Assembly (NCBI GenBank): GCA_965203315.1
Contig: CBDBCE010000004.1
Span: 64,001-128,000 of the forward strand
Source of the DNA: Nitrosopumilus sp.
Lineage (GTDB): Archaea; Thermoproteota; Nitrososphaeria; Nitrososphaerales; Nitrosopumilaceae
Reading direction: 5' to 3'
Length of the DNA: 64,000 bases
Shown: one piece after another, positions 20,601 through 28,760 of the stretch
Layout: each line of letters opens with the position of its first letter
How positions within the stretch are numbered: position 1 is the stretch's first letter
Notes under the pieces: generated by a model
What the model was told of the DNA's origin: nothing
The model's input: the letters and a program-made list of their open reading frames with translations, nothing else
The model's database searches: none
Program-made: the position numbers and the translations under genes

Positions 20601-23600
20601 GACAGCAAGATATTCTATGCCGGACCCTCTTCTAGATTCACCGATCATGGTACAAAACCAACTGGTGATATCTATCTCGTACAAGATACTACAACACTCG
20701 TACATCCACTGTTCAGCGGCGCCGGCGACTATAGATGTTTTGCAGGTTTAGCACATGTTGTAACTCTTAACACAACCATGGTACCAAGCTTTGCCCTACC
20801 AGATAATATAGTTCCTAAAACACCTCTGCGTAGTGTATATGCATACGGACTAGACTTTTTTAACGACAATACTAATACAACAACAAAATGTTCACCAGAT
20901 CCCGAAGCTGTACATAGCCAACCACTAGTAACCGACAAAGAGATGCGATATACGATATATGGCAAGGCAGAGAAAACACCCTACTACTTTTCTCCACGTG
21001 ACGGAATAACAGAGGCTCAACCAATTCCAATGTGTACCACCGACATGATCGACACAAGCAACAATGCTCTCAAGGGTAACAATACTGTGTGTTTTGGTAG
21101 AAACGGCACAGATATGGTCATTATAACAAAACGACTGACTGGGTTTTATGGCGTAGCAGACAGCGTTACAACACCTGCAGATCCAACAGATCTCAATGCC
21201 GCTATACCTGTTGCATCTCTTACCAATCCCATAACCGGTAAAATACAAACACACGAATACTATACTGAAAAGATAAACAGTACATCTCTGATAGAATATC
21301 CCAACCCTGTCTTTTTGTACAACACGTTACCTCTTTGCGAGGACTCTGTTCATGGCACACATCAGACAATACAAATGACAACAAAAGGAGATATTTTGTT
21401 CAAGTATGCTCTAAACGGAGTACAGTTTGATGGCAGGCTATTCCTGACTCTGACAGATCACACTCCCAAAAAGACCATATCGCTAGACTCTAACTTTGTC
21501 CAACAGCGTGGTAATTGGTACAACTATAACAGTACTCTTCCAAAGAGTATACTGGATCAGTTTGGCAACTTTACCAGCATAAACGCCAGACTGTTTGTGA
21601 CCAATGACACCATACCAGACCAGAATATTTTCAGCAACAGCTCTACAGGTTCGCCTCTATACTATAAAAGCCAGAAAAAGGCTATCATGGAGTTGCCAAA
21701 TGCTGCAGATACAGTGACCTTTGTACCTGGTAAAGTACCAGGTGTCCGTGGCAATGTACATGTTCCACAGGGTGATACCGTACCACTAACCGCAGAGATA
21801 CTGTGCCAGTTTGGTCATATACAACCATCTCCCTCAGCTCAGGTATTTGATCTAGATATATCTGCAGATAACGCAACAAACGGTCTCGAGATAAAGTATG
21901 AATTTACATCAAAGACGTTCTATCAAGGTGCAAAGGAACAGAAACCCACAAAGTTCTTTTGGATTGCAACCGACTCTGACGGCAACTCTGTCAACGGCGA
22001 TACAACTCGTACCATAACCAATTCATACAACTTTGTCATTCCTCTAAATTCATCTGGTACATATGATATAGTGATGTATGGCTCTGATGCTGAACGTACA
22101 CTCATAGGTACACATGCCGGTTCGTACACGTTTGCAGCTAGTACATCAACACCTAGCCAAACACTAACGATAACCATACCAAATACCACTCCGTCTACTG
22201 CAACTATTGGTCTCAATACTCAGACAGCAAACGAGATAAAGTTCATCACTAGAGAGACCTCTCAAGGCAGCGGTACTAGATATCATCACCATGATGATGA
22301 TTCTGATGATACTAGGGCCGACATTACCATCCATTATAACACAAAGATAACCAGCAAAACATTCAGTGTCACATCAAATTCATTCTGTTATAATGCTGAA
22401 GTAAAAGTTGGCGATGATATTACGATACCAAAGTTGAACAACTATACGGCATTGGCACTAGAGATCACCGACTTTACTCCCAAATGTACCAACTATCCCA
22501 ATATATCATTTGACGGTAAACTGGTATTAAACAAAGAGGTCTATATACGATTAAATGGCACAGACGGTCAAAACATCTTTTATCATGTGAACGGCACAAA
22601 CGACATTGTACAGATACCAAAGTGTACCAGTACCAACTTTAATTCCGCCGACAATACCCTAAAGGGCAGTACGGAAATATGTTACGGCAAAGACGGTACA
22701 GACACCGTCATCGTATCCAAGATACTTGCAATCTTTGGAGCGACAACAGAGTCTATTCCAAAGCCTGGTACTTCGACTGGTCCAGGTACAACAAAACCTA
22801 CGACTGGAGATGATCAAGACGACAAAGACTCTGATACATCAAGAGATCTAGCAAATGCGCCAACCTTTGGTGTCTCACAGCTTACCGGTGAACAGTTGGT
22901 AACATGTGGTTATAAAATGGACGACACATGTCGTGATATTACTGCATATCACGTCCAGTACGAACGAGACACAATCCAAACCAACACAACGCACACATTT
23001 GCAATAAAGACACTGGCACCAAACATGTTACACAATGTTATACTGGCATTTAGTGTACCTACAGTAGGCTCTCCGGTGAGTGCAGCAGAAGCATACATTT
23101 CTGTACATCTTGGAATAAACTATAGTGAACCATCGCACTATTACATCGAGAATGTACTAGTACACGATCCAAACAACATCATCGACTATGACACACAAAA
23201 CACAACAGTATCTAGGGTGTCATGTTCAGGTGACGATCTACAGTGTACACAAGTGACATTCCCAGATGTGCTGTTCCGTGATATGATGAACCATGAACCA
23301 TTTGCAATACAAGTAACTGATACTCTACGATTCACATCCATAAACTACATGAACGAAGGTGTCTTTGTTACTGGTACATCCCTAAACGCACCACCAACTG
23401 TACAACCAGGACTCACACTATCGGGTGACGATGGTAGACCAGTAAATCTCGTTCTAGTCCGTACAGACAAGGTCTCTGATCTGTGGGCAGATGCATTCGG
23501 CAACACTTGGAGTCGCAACTCGTTTGGCAACTTTGTCATTGTACAATATGCACCATACGCAGGTACTACTCCAGTATGTACAGACATCAACGACAGAATA

Positions 23601-23783
23601 TGTGCACCATTCAAAGCTAAACTCGACTGGCACAATCAAAAGATGATCGAACTACGTGACTCGCTATACGATGCATACAAGACAAAGGCATACGCCGAGA
23701 TCGACAACATATTCACATACGAGTTTGGTGATGTAGACTCTCGCACTAGAACACTGATCAACCTAGGCTGGCTGACCGAATAA
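17649..23783 (+). CDS. Giant secreted/surface protein (2044 aa) with six related Cys-containing modules
   Basis: Signal-peptide-like N-terminus; repeated TDKxMRxTIYG..AQPIPxCT..LKGxTxxCYG..IITKR motif; Thr/Pro linkers. Confidence 0.9.
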   Translation: MSKRRLMPILALITVVPFLVVDLDDAFGAVIPPLDYPAISSLGHPGGLRSDIHSSGIPLVKHSNNSATINLDTSYDHYRIDPVYQPEGDITIDKVTMILPNPKLTSIGCTVKFGVNNVGANPSNAIHEYAKLPTNVDGSIYTNLAESDVKVIGVDFKDYSSGCDVSTLTTANSTNEPLLTDKSMRVTIYGQAGKKAFFSSHFENITKAQLIPECTSANFDNSTKQLKGQTRMCSGTYNNDLVIITTQIGEYGATSTILPPDTLPIIPPSSFPTTVTTSRIPLSSAASSDNATIGSTNNTRYQIDGTLTQAQVKAGDIYMQGTTTILSNPFFTGKSYSCNFEALSIHAQGAWRGGNFDYPANIQPKGNANNPASLSFNGLGNCAFWSPTHSMITDKEMRITIYDKSGSKAWYLSPSQNITQAQPIPACTTETLDTSDNTLKGNTKMCYGVYSDHLIIVTKRFIGAYGSATTITPPQNPVDLDLVYPIPPGTLSIPPPSGFPTSLTSSDAPYMSAQLASDNGTIGATSPKRYQIDGNQNVPVRAGDIYIQGTTTILSNPFFVGKGYTCPFNIFSLHTERTFHGGGFAYPTNVQPTGNATNPASLTFHGDSTCANWSPTHPMITDKEMRITLDNKTGSKAWYASPRQNITEAQPIPACTTDTINVSTGKLKGNTKMCYGVYEGELIIITKRFLGYYGSADTITTPQNPVDLDSDRPTLAPTTPDPGSSGTLTIPPLTNSSSSSAMNFDSDTEHDGSIYYDGDSKRYTDESGNDATADLYVARGTETLPRALFEGTGDYQCTGNFERVEFLGKKRVPGFAIPDNVTPDKKKQLAAYGLDFYNNTVSSTTSCRPNPEAVSDQTLITDTALRITIYGKADKKPIYFSPRDGILKAQPIPACTTDMIDTSNNNALKGGNTVCYGVHGNDMVIITKRLTGFYGAADSVTTPANPIDLNPATVINIDPKILSIPSVTETKRYSQATFQSNSANDSKIFYAGPSSRFTDHGTKPTGDIYLVQDTTTLVHPLFSGAGDYRCFAGLAHVVTLNTTMVPSFALPDNIVPKTPLRSVYAYGLDFFNDNTNTTTKCSPDPEAVHSQPLVTDKEMRYTIYGKAEKTPYYFSPRDGITEAQPIPMCTTDMIDTSNNALKGNNTVCFGRNGTDMVIITKRLTGFYGVADSVTTPADPTDLNAAIPVASLTNPITGKIQTHEYYTEKINSTSLIEYPNPVFLYNTLPLCEDSVHGTHQTIQMTTKGDILFKYALNGVQFDGRLFLTLTDHTPKKTISLDSNFVQQRGNWYNYNSTLPKSILDQFGNFTSINARLFVTNDTIPDQNIFSNSSTGSPLYYKSQKKAIMELPNAADTVTFVPGKVPGVRGNVHVPQGDTVPLTAEILCQFGHIQPSPSAQVFDLDISADNATNGLEIKYEFTSKTFYQGAKEQKPTKFFWIATDSDGNSVNGDTTRTITNSYNFVIPLNSSGTYDIVMYGSDAERTLIGTHAGSYTFAASTSTPSQTLTITIPNTTPSTATIGLNTQTANEIKFITRETSQGSGTRYHHHDDDSDDTRADITIHYNTKITSKTFSVTSNSFCYNAEVKVGDDITIPKLNNYTALALEITDFTPKCTNYPNISFDGKLVLNKEVYIRLNGTDGQNIFYHVNGTNDIVQIPKCTSTNFNSADNTLKGSTEICYGKDGTDTVIVSKILAIFGATTESIPKPGTSTGPGTTKPTTGDDQDDKDSDTSRDLANAPTFGVSQLTGEQLVTCGYKMDDTCRDITAYHVQYERDTIQTNTTHTFAIKTLAPNMLHNVILAFSVPTVGSPVSAAEAYISVHLGINYSEPSHYYIENVLVHDPNNIIDYDTQNTTVSRVSCSGDDLQCTQVTFPDVLFRDMMNHEPFAIQVTDTLRFTSINYMNEGVFVTGTSLNAPPTVQPGLTLSGDDGRPVNLVLVRTDKVSDLWADAFGNTWSRNSFGNFVIVQYAPYAGTTPVCTDINDRICAPFKAKLDWHNQKMIELRDSLYDAYKTKAYAEIDNIFTYEFGDVDSRTRTLINLGWLTE
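18440..21200 (+). repeat. Two pairs of intragenic tandem duplications (periods 687 bp and about 700 bp)
   Basis: CGATATCAGATAGATGGT at 18546 and 19233; ATAACAAAACGACTGACTGGGTTTTATGG at 20424 and 21123. Confidence 0.9.
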
Positions 23784-23827
23784 ATGCAGTAACCAGACCT
23801 AGTCTTACGACTAGCATAAATGTCATT

Positions 23828-25073
23828 CAGACATCGCAAATGTACGTGTAAATTTTGGCATCTAGGGTGCAATCGGCTCAGGCGGAGGCTCAGGTGGGAT
23901 CTCGATCAATGTTTGCACTGTTTTAAGAAACAAGCTTTGGTACATCTTGTGAGATGTGATACCTTCAACCAACAATACAAGATTGAATATAGTCCACAAG
24001 TTTAGCAACATTTGTGCAGACATGAACATGTATGTTCTACACGGTGTTGATCTACTGTGAGTTCTAACACGCATATTTCGAGTAAATTTGAATCCATTCT
24101 CAATCTCCCAACGATCGCGATATTTCTCTAGATCAATATTTGGATCATTTGTTGCAAATGCTCTATACTCTTCTGGGTCATCTCTGTCACGAGTTATTAT
24201 GATGTAACATCCTGCTTGATCCTTGTTGTTCTTTATTACATATTTTGACACTCTAACTCGTTCTCCTCGTTTGTATTCCTCTATTGCTTTTTTTATGCCA
24301 GAAGTGTTTACGCATGGCATCAGATATTTGTGTCTAGTTCCATTCAAGAATTTGATCATAGCAACTGAATAAAACCCACGATCGGCAACAAACAGCGCTG
24401 GTCTTGTAGAGTTTATTTCGTAAAAATCTACAATTTTAGGCATAAAATCAGCATTTTTTTCCCCTTTTTTGACTGAAAATGTAGATAAAACAAGTCTTGT
24501 GCCGGGGTTGACCAGCTGTGCAGAGATGTGTGTCTCAAATACAGTCGTACCATCTTTCGCTCTACCCTTAATCAGATCTGGATTATCTTTATCATATCTT
24601 GAAAAACTCGTTCTGTCTACTCCAATGATAGGATGTCGAGGAAAGCGACCAAGCCGTTTTAGCTCTGACAGGTGTTGCGTCACGGCATACTTGAATATCT
24701 CATCTATCGGTTTCTCACACGTCTCTTCGATCCTCTTCCTAATCCATTCGCCTGTAGGTGCATAACCATCACTATCTCTGATCAATCTGGAACGATCAGC
24801 AGGAGATTTGTTTGCTACTGCCGCATCTATGATGATCTTGAGTCCGTCCCATTTTGTGTATTTGGCATTGTGATAATTAGATACTTTGAATGGTATCTGA
24901 TCCATAGCGTTTATGAAAATATATCTATAAGTAGAACGGTTTCTAGATACTGCTTGTCTCAGCGAGTCTGATTGTTTGCGCATTAGATTCCTGAGACATG
25001 CAATCCTTATTGACTTTGTTTGATCGATATTTTTGATCTTTTGGTTAAATTATAGTTACTTTTGCGATGTCTG
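23828..25073 (-). mobile_element. Complete IS (ISH3/IS4-like), 1246 bp, with 6-bp target-site duplication GTCATT
   Basis: TIR CAGACATCGCAAA(T/A)GTA at both ends; GTCATT at 23822-27 and 25074-79. Confidence 0.92.
23862..24983 (-). CDS. DDE transposase (ISH3-like)
   Basis: IIGVD, ADRGFYS, YRDRWEIENGFK (YREK-type motif). Confidence 0.92.
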   Translation of the reverse strand: MRKQSDSLRQAVSRNRSTYRYIFINAMDQIPFKVSNYHNAKYTKWDGLKIIIDAAVANKSPADRSRLIRDSDGYAPTGEWIRKRIEETCEKPIDEIFKYAVTQHLSELKRLGRFPRHPIIGVDRTSFSRYDKDNPDLIKGRAKDGTTVFETHISAQLVNPGTRLVLSTFSVKKGEKNADFMPKIVDFYEINSTRPALFVADRGFYSVAMIKFLNGTRHKYLMPCVNTSGIKKAIEEYKRGERVRVSKYVIKNNKDQAGCYIIITRDRDDPEEYRAFATNDPNIDLEKYRDRWEIENGFKFTRNMRVRTHSRSTPCRTYMFMSAQMLLNLWTIFNLVLLVEGITSHKMYQSLFLKTVQTLIEIPPEPPPEPIAP

Positions 25074-25109
25074 GTCATTATGTCGACTTTAAATTCTATT
25101 AACCGAGAT

Positions 25110-25177
25110 CGACAGTTTTGTACAATCTCAAATCCAAAAGATGAAAATTGTCATGTATTGGCCATTGTAGACTGTCG
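25110..25177. repeat. Short IR-bounded dispersed repeat (family C), copy 1
   Basis: CGACAGT...ACTGTCG ends; aligns by eye with 60871-60945. Confidence 0.55.
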
Positions 25178-25598
25178 TTTACTATAATTGTGCCAAGTCA
25201 CATAATATGCATTAACTGTGATGGCGCCGTCTAGATCTCAACCTGTGTCTAGCAGAGCCGACATAGTTCCATGAATGTGGTCTGGTAGTTTTATCATGAT
25301 ATAAGAAAAACAAATAGTGATCTTTGTTATCTGTGGATTATGCCGAGCATTGTGTCGTGATATTGTACATCTATTATCAAAATCTTCAGGCCTTAGACGA
25401 GTCATTGAATATATGTACAATTTTGATAGACCTGATACATGAATATCTGGGGTCTCTACATTTTAAATTGTCATTACATTCGAGTATGATTTTTGATATG
25501 TTTGGTTTTTGTCTAATGTTATATCATATCACACAAACAACTTTACAGATTGAAGAATCTTTTTGTATAGTGTATCTGTTATCTGGTGTGTATATTAG

Positions 25599-26465
25599 AT
25601 GACAAGGCACAAGGTCGTAGTTACTGGAGCTAGTGGATTTGTAGCAAAAAACCTCCGAAGATATCTGGTAAAGAACAACGTCGATGTAGTCTCTATATCT
25701 CGTCACAAGTTTAGATCACTACATAATGAGACAGCAATAGTAACTGATACATACGAATCAAGATTAATTCTACCAAAGATTCACAATGCTGATGCACTGT
25801 ATCATCTTGCCGGTATAGGACGCCAGTCTGTTACACATGACTATAATGCAGTAAACTTTGAGCTTACCAACCATCTAGTCAATATTGCCAAAACAGCTAA
25901 CGTCAAGAGGTTTGTCTATACTAGTGGACTTGGCGTATCTTCGTCTTCCACGGTTGGCTATTTTATATCAAAGTACAAAGCAGAACGATGTATAGCAAGA
26001 TCAAAGATTCCTTATACAATACTCCGACCATCATATATTATAGGTAGAGATGACTCGTTTACAAAATATCTCAAACAGTCCATCAAACGTAAAGTTGTCC
26101 AGATTCCGGGTTCGGGTAGATACATGATACAACCTGTATACATCAACGATGTGACCAAGCTCTTCTACTCTTGTATTAAATACAATACTCTCAAAGATAG
26201 TATAATTGATCTAGTCGGACCTGAGACTCTCGAGTTTATAGAGTATGTAAAACTATTCATAAATAATACTAAAACTCGAGTATCTCATATTGATCTAGAT
26301 CGTGTATACAGTACATCGATAAATGATATTGACTCTGACTTTGGGGTAGATGATCTAACTATTCTTGTTGGCAACTTTGTTGGTGATCACAATAGACTAA
26401 CTAAACTTACTGGTATGCAATTTCATAAAGTTACTCATCTCTTAGAGTCCGGCACTCTGTTTTAG
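25599..26465 (+). CDS. NAD-dependent epimerase/dehydratase (atypical SDR)
   Basis: [23 protein letters not shown]. Confidence 0.9.
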   Translation: MTRHKVVVTGASGFVAKNLRRYLVKNNVDVVSISRHKFRSLHNETAIVTDTYESRLILPKIHNADALYHLAGIGRQSVTHDYNAVNFELTNHLVNIAKTANVKRFVYTSGLGVSSSSTVGYFISKYKAERCIARSKIPYTILRPSYIIGRDDSFTKYLKQSIKRKVVQIPGSGRYMIQPVYINDVTKLFYSCIKYNTLKDSIIDLVGPETLEFIEYVKLFINNTKTRVSHIDLDRVYSTSINDIDSDFGVDDLTILVGNFVGDHNRLTKLTGMQFHKVTHLLESGTLF

Positions 26466-27629
26466 GACTGATACCTTGTCCAACTTTTCCCATGTAAACT
26501 CTGGTTCGTCTCTTCCAAAATGACCATACGCTGTCGTCTTTTTGTAGATCGGCCTCTTTAGATCCAACTCTTTGATAATTCCAGTTGGTCTAGTATCAAA
26601 GTTTATTCGAACCAACTCTTCAATTTTATCTTCTGGAATCTTGTTTGTTCCAAATGTGTTTACATGTAGAGAAACTGGTTCTGCAACACCTATGGCATAT
26701 GCAAGCTGTACCTCACATCGATCTGCCAGTCCTGCTGCGACTAGATTCTTTGCGATATATCTACACATGTAGCATGCTGATCTATCTACCTTTGATGGGT
26801 CTTTGCCTGAAAATGCACCTCCTCCGTGCCTTCCAAATCCTCCGTAGGTATCTACGATAATCTTTCGTCCTGTGAGTCCAGCATCTCCATGTGGTCCGCC
26901 AATCACAAACTTGCCGGTTGGGTTGATGTGAACCTTGATATCGTCGTGCCATAGATCACTCAAGACCGGCATGATGATCTCTGACATTACATCTTTGGTA
27001 ATCTCTTCTTGTGATATGTCTGGTATATGTTGAGTCGATACAACTATGGTCTCGACTTTTACGGGCTTGTCATTCTCGTATCGTATAGATACTTGCGACT
27101 TGCCGTCTGGTCTTGCCCATTTTATCAATCCATCCCGTCTAGCTCTCGATAATCTTTGGGTAATCTTGTGTGCAATCAAGATCGGCATAGGCATCAGTTC
27201 AACAGTCTCATTTGTTGCATATCCGAACATCAGTCCTTGATCTCCTGCACCTTGTTCCTTTGCTTGAGTTGCTGTAACACCTTGACTAATATCCGGACTC
27301 TGTGAATGAAGTCTCATCTCTACTTTGCACGTATCTGCATCGAACATCAGTGCCTTGTCATTATATCCTATATCTCGTATAGTATCTCGGACTAGCTGTT
27401 CTTGTGACTGTTTATCCAGTATTGCATTTGATGTCACCTCTCCGGACACTGCAACAAAGTCTGTAGTTACCATCGTCTCGACTGCAACTCTCGAGTCTGG
27501 ATCTTGAGTCAAGAACGCATCCAAGAACGCATCCGATATGGCATCACAAATCTTATCGGGATGACCTTCAGTAACAGACTCTGATGTAAAGAGAAAATTA
27601 CCTGCCAAGCTAACATCACTAGAGTTCAT
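26442..27629 (-). CDS. metK: S-adenosylmethionine synthetase, bacterial/eukaryotic type
   Basis: [28 protein letters not shown]; start may instead be TTG at 27608. Confidence 0.97.
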   Translation of the reverse strand: MNSSDVSLAGNFLFTSESVTEGHPDKICDAISDAFLDAFLTQDPDSRVAVETMVTTDFVAVSGEVTSNAILDKQSQEQLVRDTIRDIGYNDKALMFDADTCKVEMRLHSQSPDISQGVTATQAKEQGAGDQGLMFGYATNETVELMPMPILIAHKITQRLSRARRDGLIKWARPDGKSQVSIRYENDKPVKVETIVVSTQHIPDISQEEITKDVMSEIIMPVLSDLWHDDIKVHINPTGKFVIGGPHGDAGLTGRKIIVDTYGGFGRHGGGAFSGKDPSKVDRSACYMCRYIAKNLVAAGLADRCEVQLAYAIGVAEPVSLHVNTFGTNKIPEDKIEELVRINFDTRPTGIIKELDLKRPIYKKTTAYGHFGRDEPEFTWEKLDKVSVLKQSAGL

Positions 27630-27864
27630 TTTCGAGTTTGATAAACAAGACATTATTTCCTCGAACTATAACTCGTCCATAATTTGCAACTACCTTGCCA
27701 TCATGAATCTCTTCTGCATCGGTCATTATTAGATTCATATAAGAGTCAACATTATCCATCTTTCCCTTGTATTCTACCTCATTCTTTAGTCTGACCGTGA
27801 CTCCCTTTTTGGTACTCTTTTGAAGCATAGTTAGAGGTCTTTTTGCGCTGTTCGTTTGAGACAC
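27619..27864 (-). CDS. Sm-like archaeal protein (SmAP/Lsm)
   Basis: Sm1 (DSYMNLIM) and Sm2 (IVRGNNV) motifs. Confidence 0.95.
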   Translation of the reverse strand: MSQTNSAKRPLTMLQKSTKKGVTVRLKNEVEYKGKMDNVDSYMNLIMTDAEEIHDGKVVANYGRVIVRGNNVLFIKLENEL

Positions 27865-27970
27865 TAATTATTCACTTATCTTGGTTTGGCTGTTCCCTTG
27901 AATAAAAGCCTTACCTATTAACCCCTTATTCAAAACTCTTTAAATTTTTCACTCTTGGTATACAACACAA

Positions 27971-28618
27971 ATGATCCCAACTGGCATAAGAGATCTAGAC
28001 GACTTTTTAGGTGGTGGCATATCTGTTGGCATAATTTTAGATGTGTTTGGAGCTAGTGGTACAGGTAAGACTCAGTTGTTACTCCAACTCTTGGCAAAGA
28101 CTATCCAAGATGACAAGACTGCATTATACATAGATACAACAGGCAACTTTCGACCTGAACGTGTCCTAGAGATGTGCGATAGTAATGATCCAACCATTCT
28201 TCAGAGAATAACCGTCTCTAGAGTAAGAAACACGTTTGAGCAGATCCAGAGTATATCTAGTATAGATGATCGATATGCATTGATCGCAGTGGACAACATT
28301 ACCGATCTCTTTTCATACGAGTATCCTGGAGATACTCATCTGTTAGAACGCAACTCACTGTTCATGAGATACATGTATGATCTATCACATGCTATTCTTG
28401 ATACAAACAGTACAGTTGTTATATCCAATATGATACGAACCATAAATGTAAATGACATTGAAAATATGCGTAATGCAATAAGCCCATTCACACACATAAA
28501 GATTCATCTCTCAAAATTACATAAACGCTATCAATGTCATGTATATTGGGCATTGGGCAGTCACACATTTGATTATCACATTAAAGAGTGTGGACTAGTT
28601 GATGCTCAAGATATTTAA
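27971..28618 (+). CDS. RadB/Rad51-paralogue ATPase
   Basis: IPTG..LDDFLGGG, GASGTGKTQ, YIDT..FRPER; lacks the RadA N-terminal domain. Confidence 0.88.
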   Translation: MIPTGIRDLDDFLGGGISVGIILDVFGASGTGKTQLLLQLLAKTIQDDKTALYIDTTGNFRPERVLEMCDSNDPTILQRITVSRVRNTFEQIQSISSIDDRYALIAVDNITDLFSYEYPGDTHLLERNSLFMRYMYDLSHAILDTNSTVVISNMIRTINVNDIENMRNAISPFTHIKIHLSKLHKRYQCHVYWALGSHTFDYHIKECGLVDAQDI

Positions 28619-28640
28619 CTATCTGAACCAAAGTTGAACA

Positions 28641-28760
28641 ATGGCAGGAATTTTTGACTCGATTCCAGTAATCACTGTTGCTATGTTTGTAATTGGTATG
28701 GTTGGTGTAATTGTTTATGAACGAACACGATCAAACGAGCCAGACAAATCCAACTCTTGA
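28641..28760 (+). CDS. Putative 39-aa single-TM micro-protein
   Basis: MAGIFDSIPVITVAMFVIGMVGVIVYERTRSNEPDKSNS; TATA-like TATTTAAC about 26 nt upstream; overlaps the 5' end of lhr. Confidence 0.55.
   Translation: MAGIFDSIPVITVAMFVIGMVGVIVYERTRSNEPDKSNS

Noticed and set aside
18440-21200. Diversity-generating retroelement TR/VR pair
   Set aside because: Repeats are in-frame ~700-bp domain duplications, differences are not adenine-specific, and no reverse transcriptase is present.
26442-27629. Bacterial-type metK as a recent horizontal transfer
   Set aside because: Sits in a housekeeping operon with host-like composition; to my knowledge this type is normal for the lineage.
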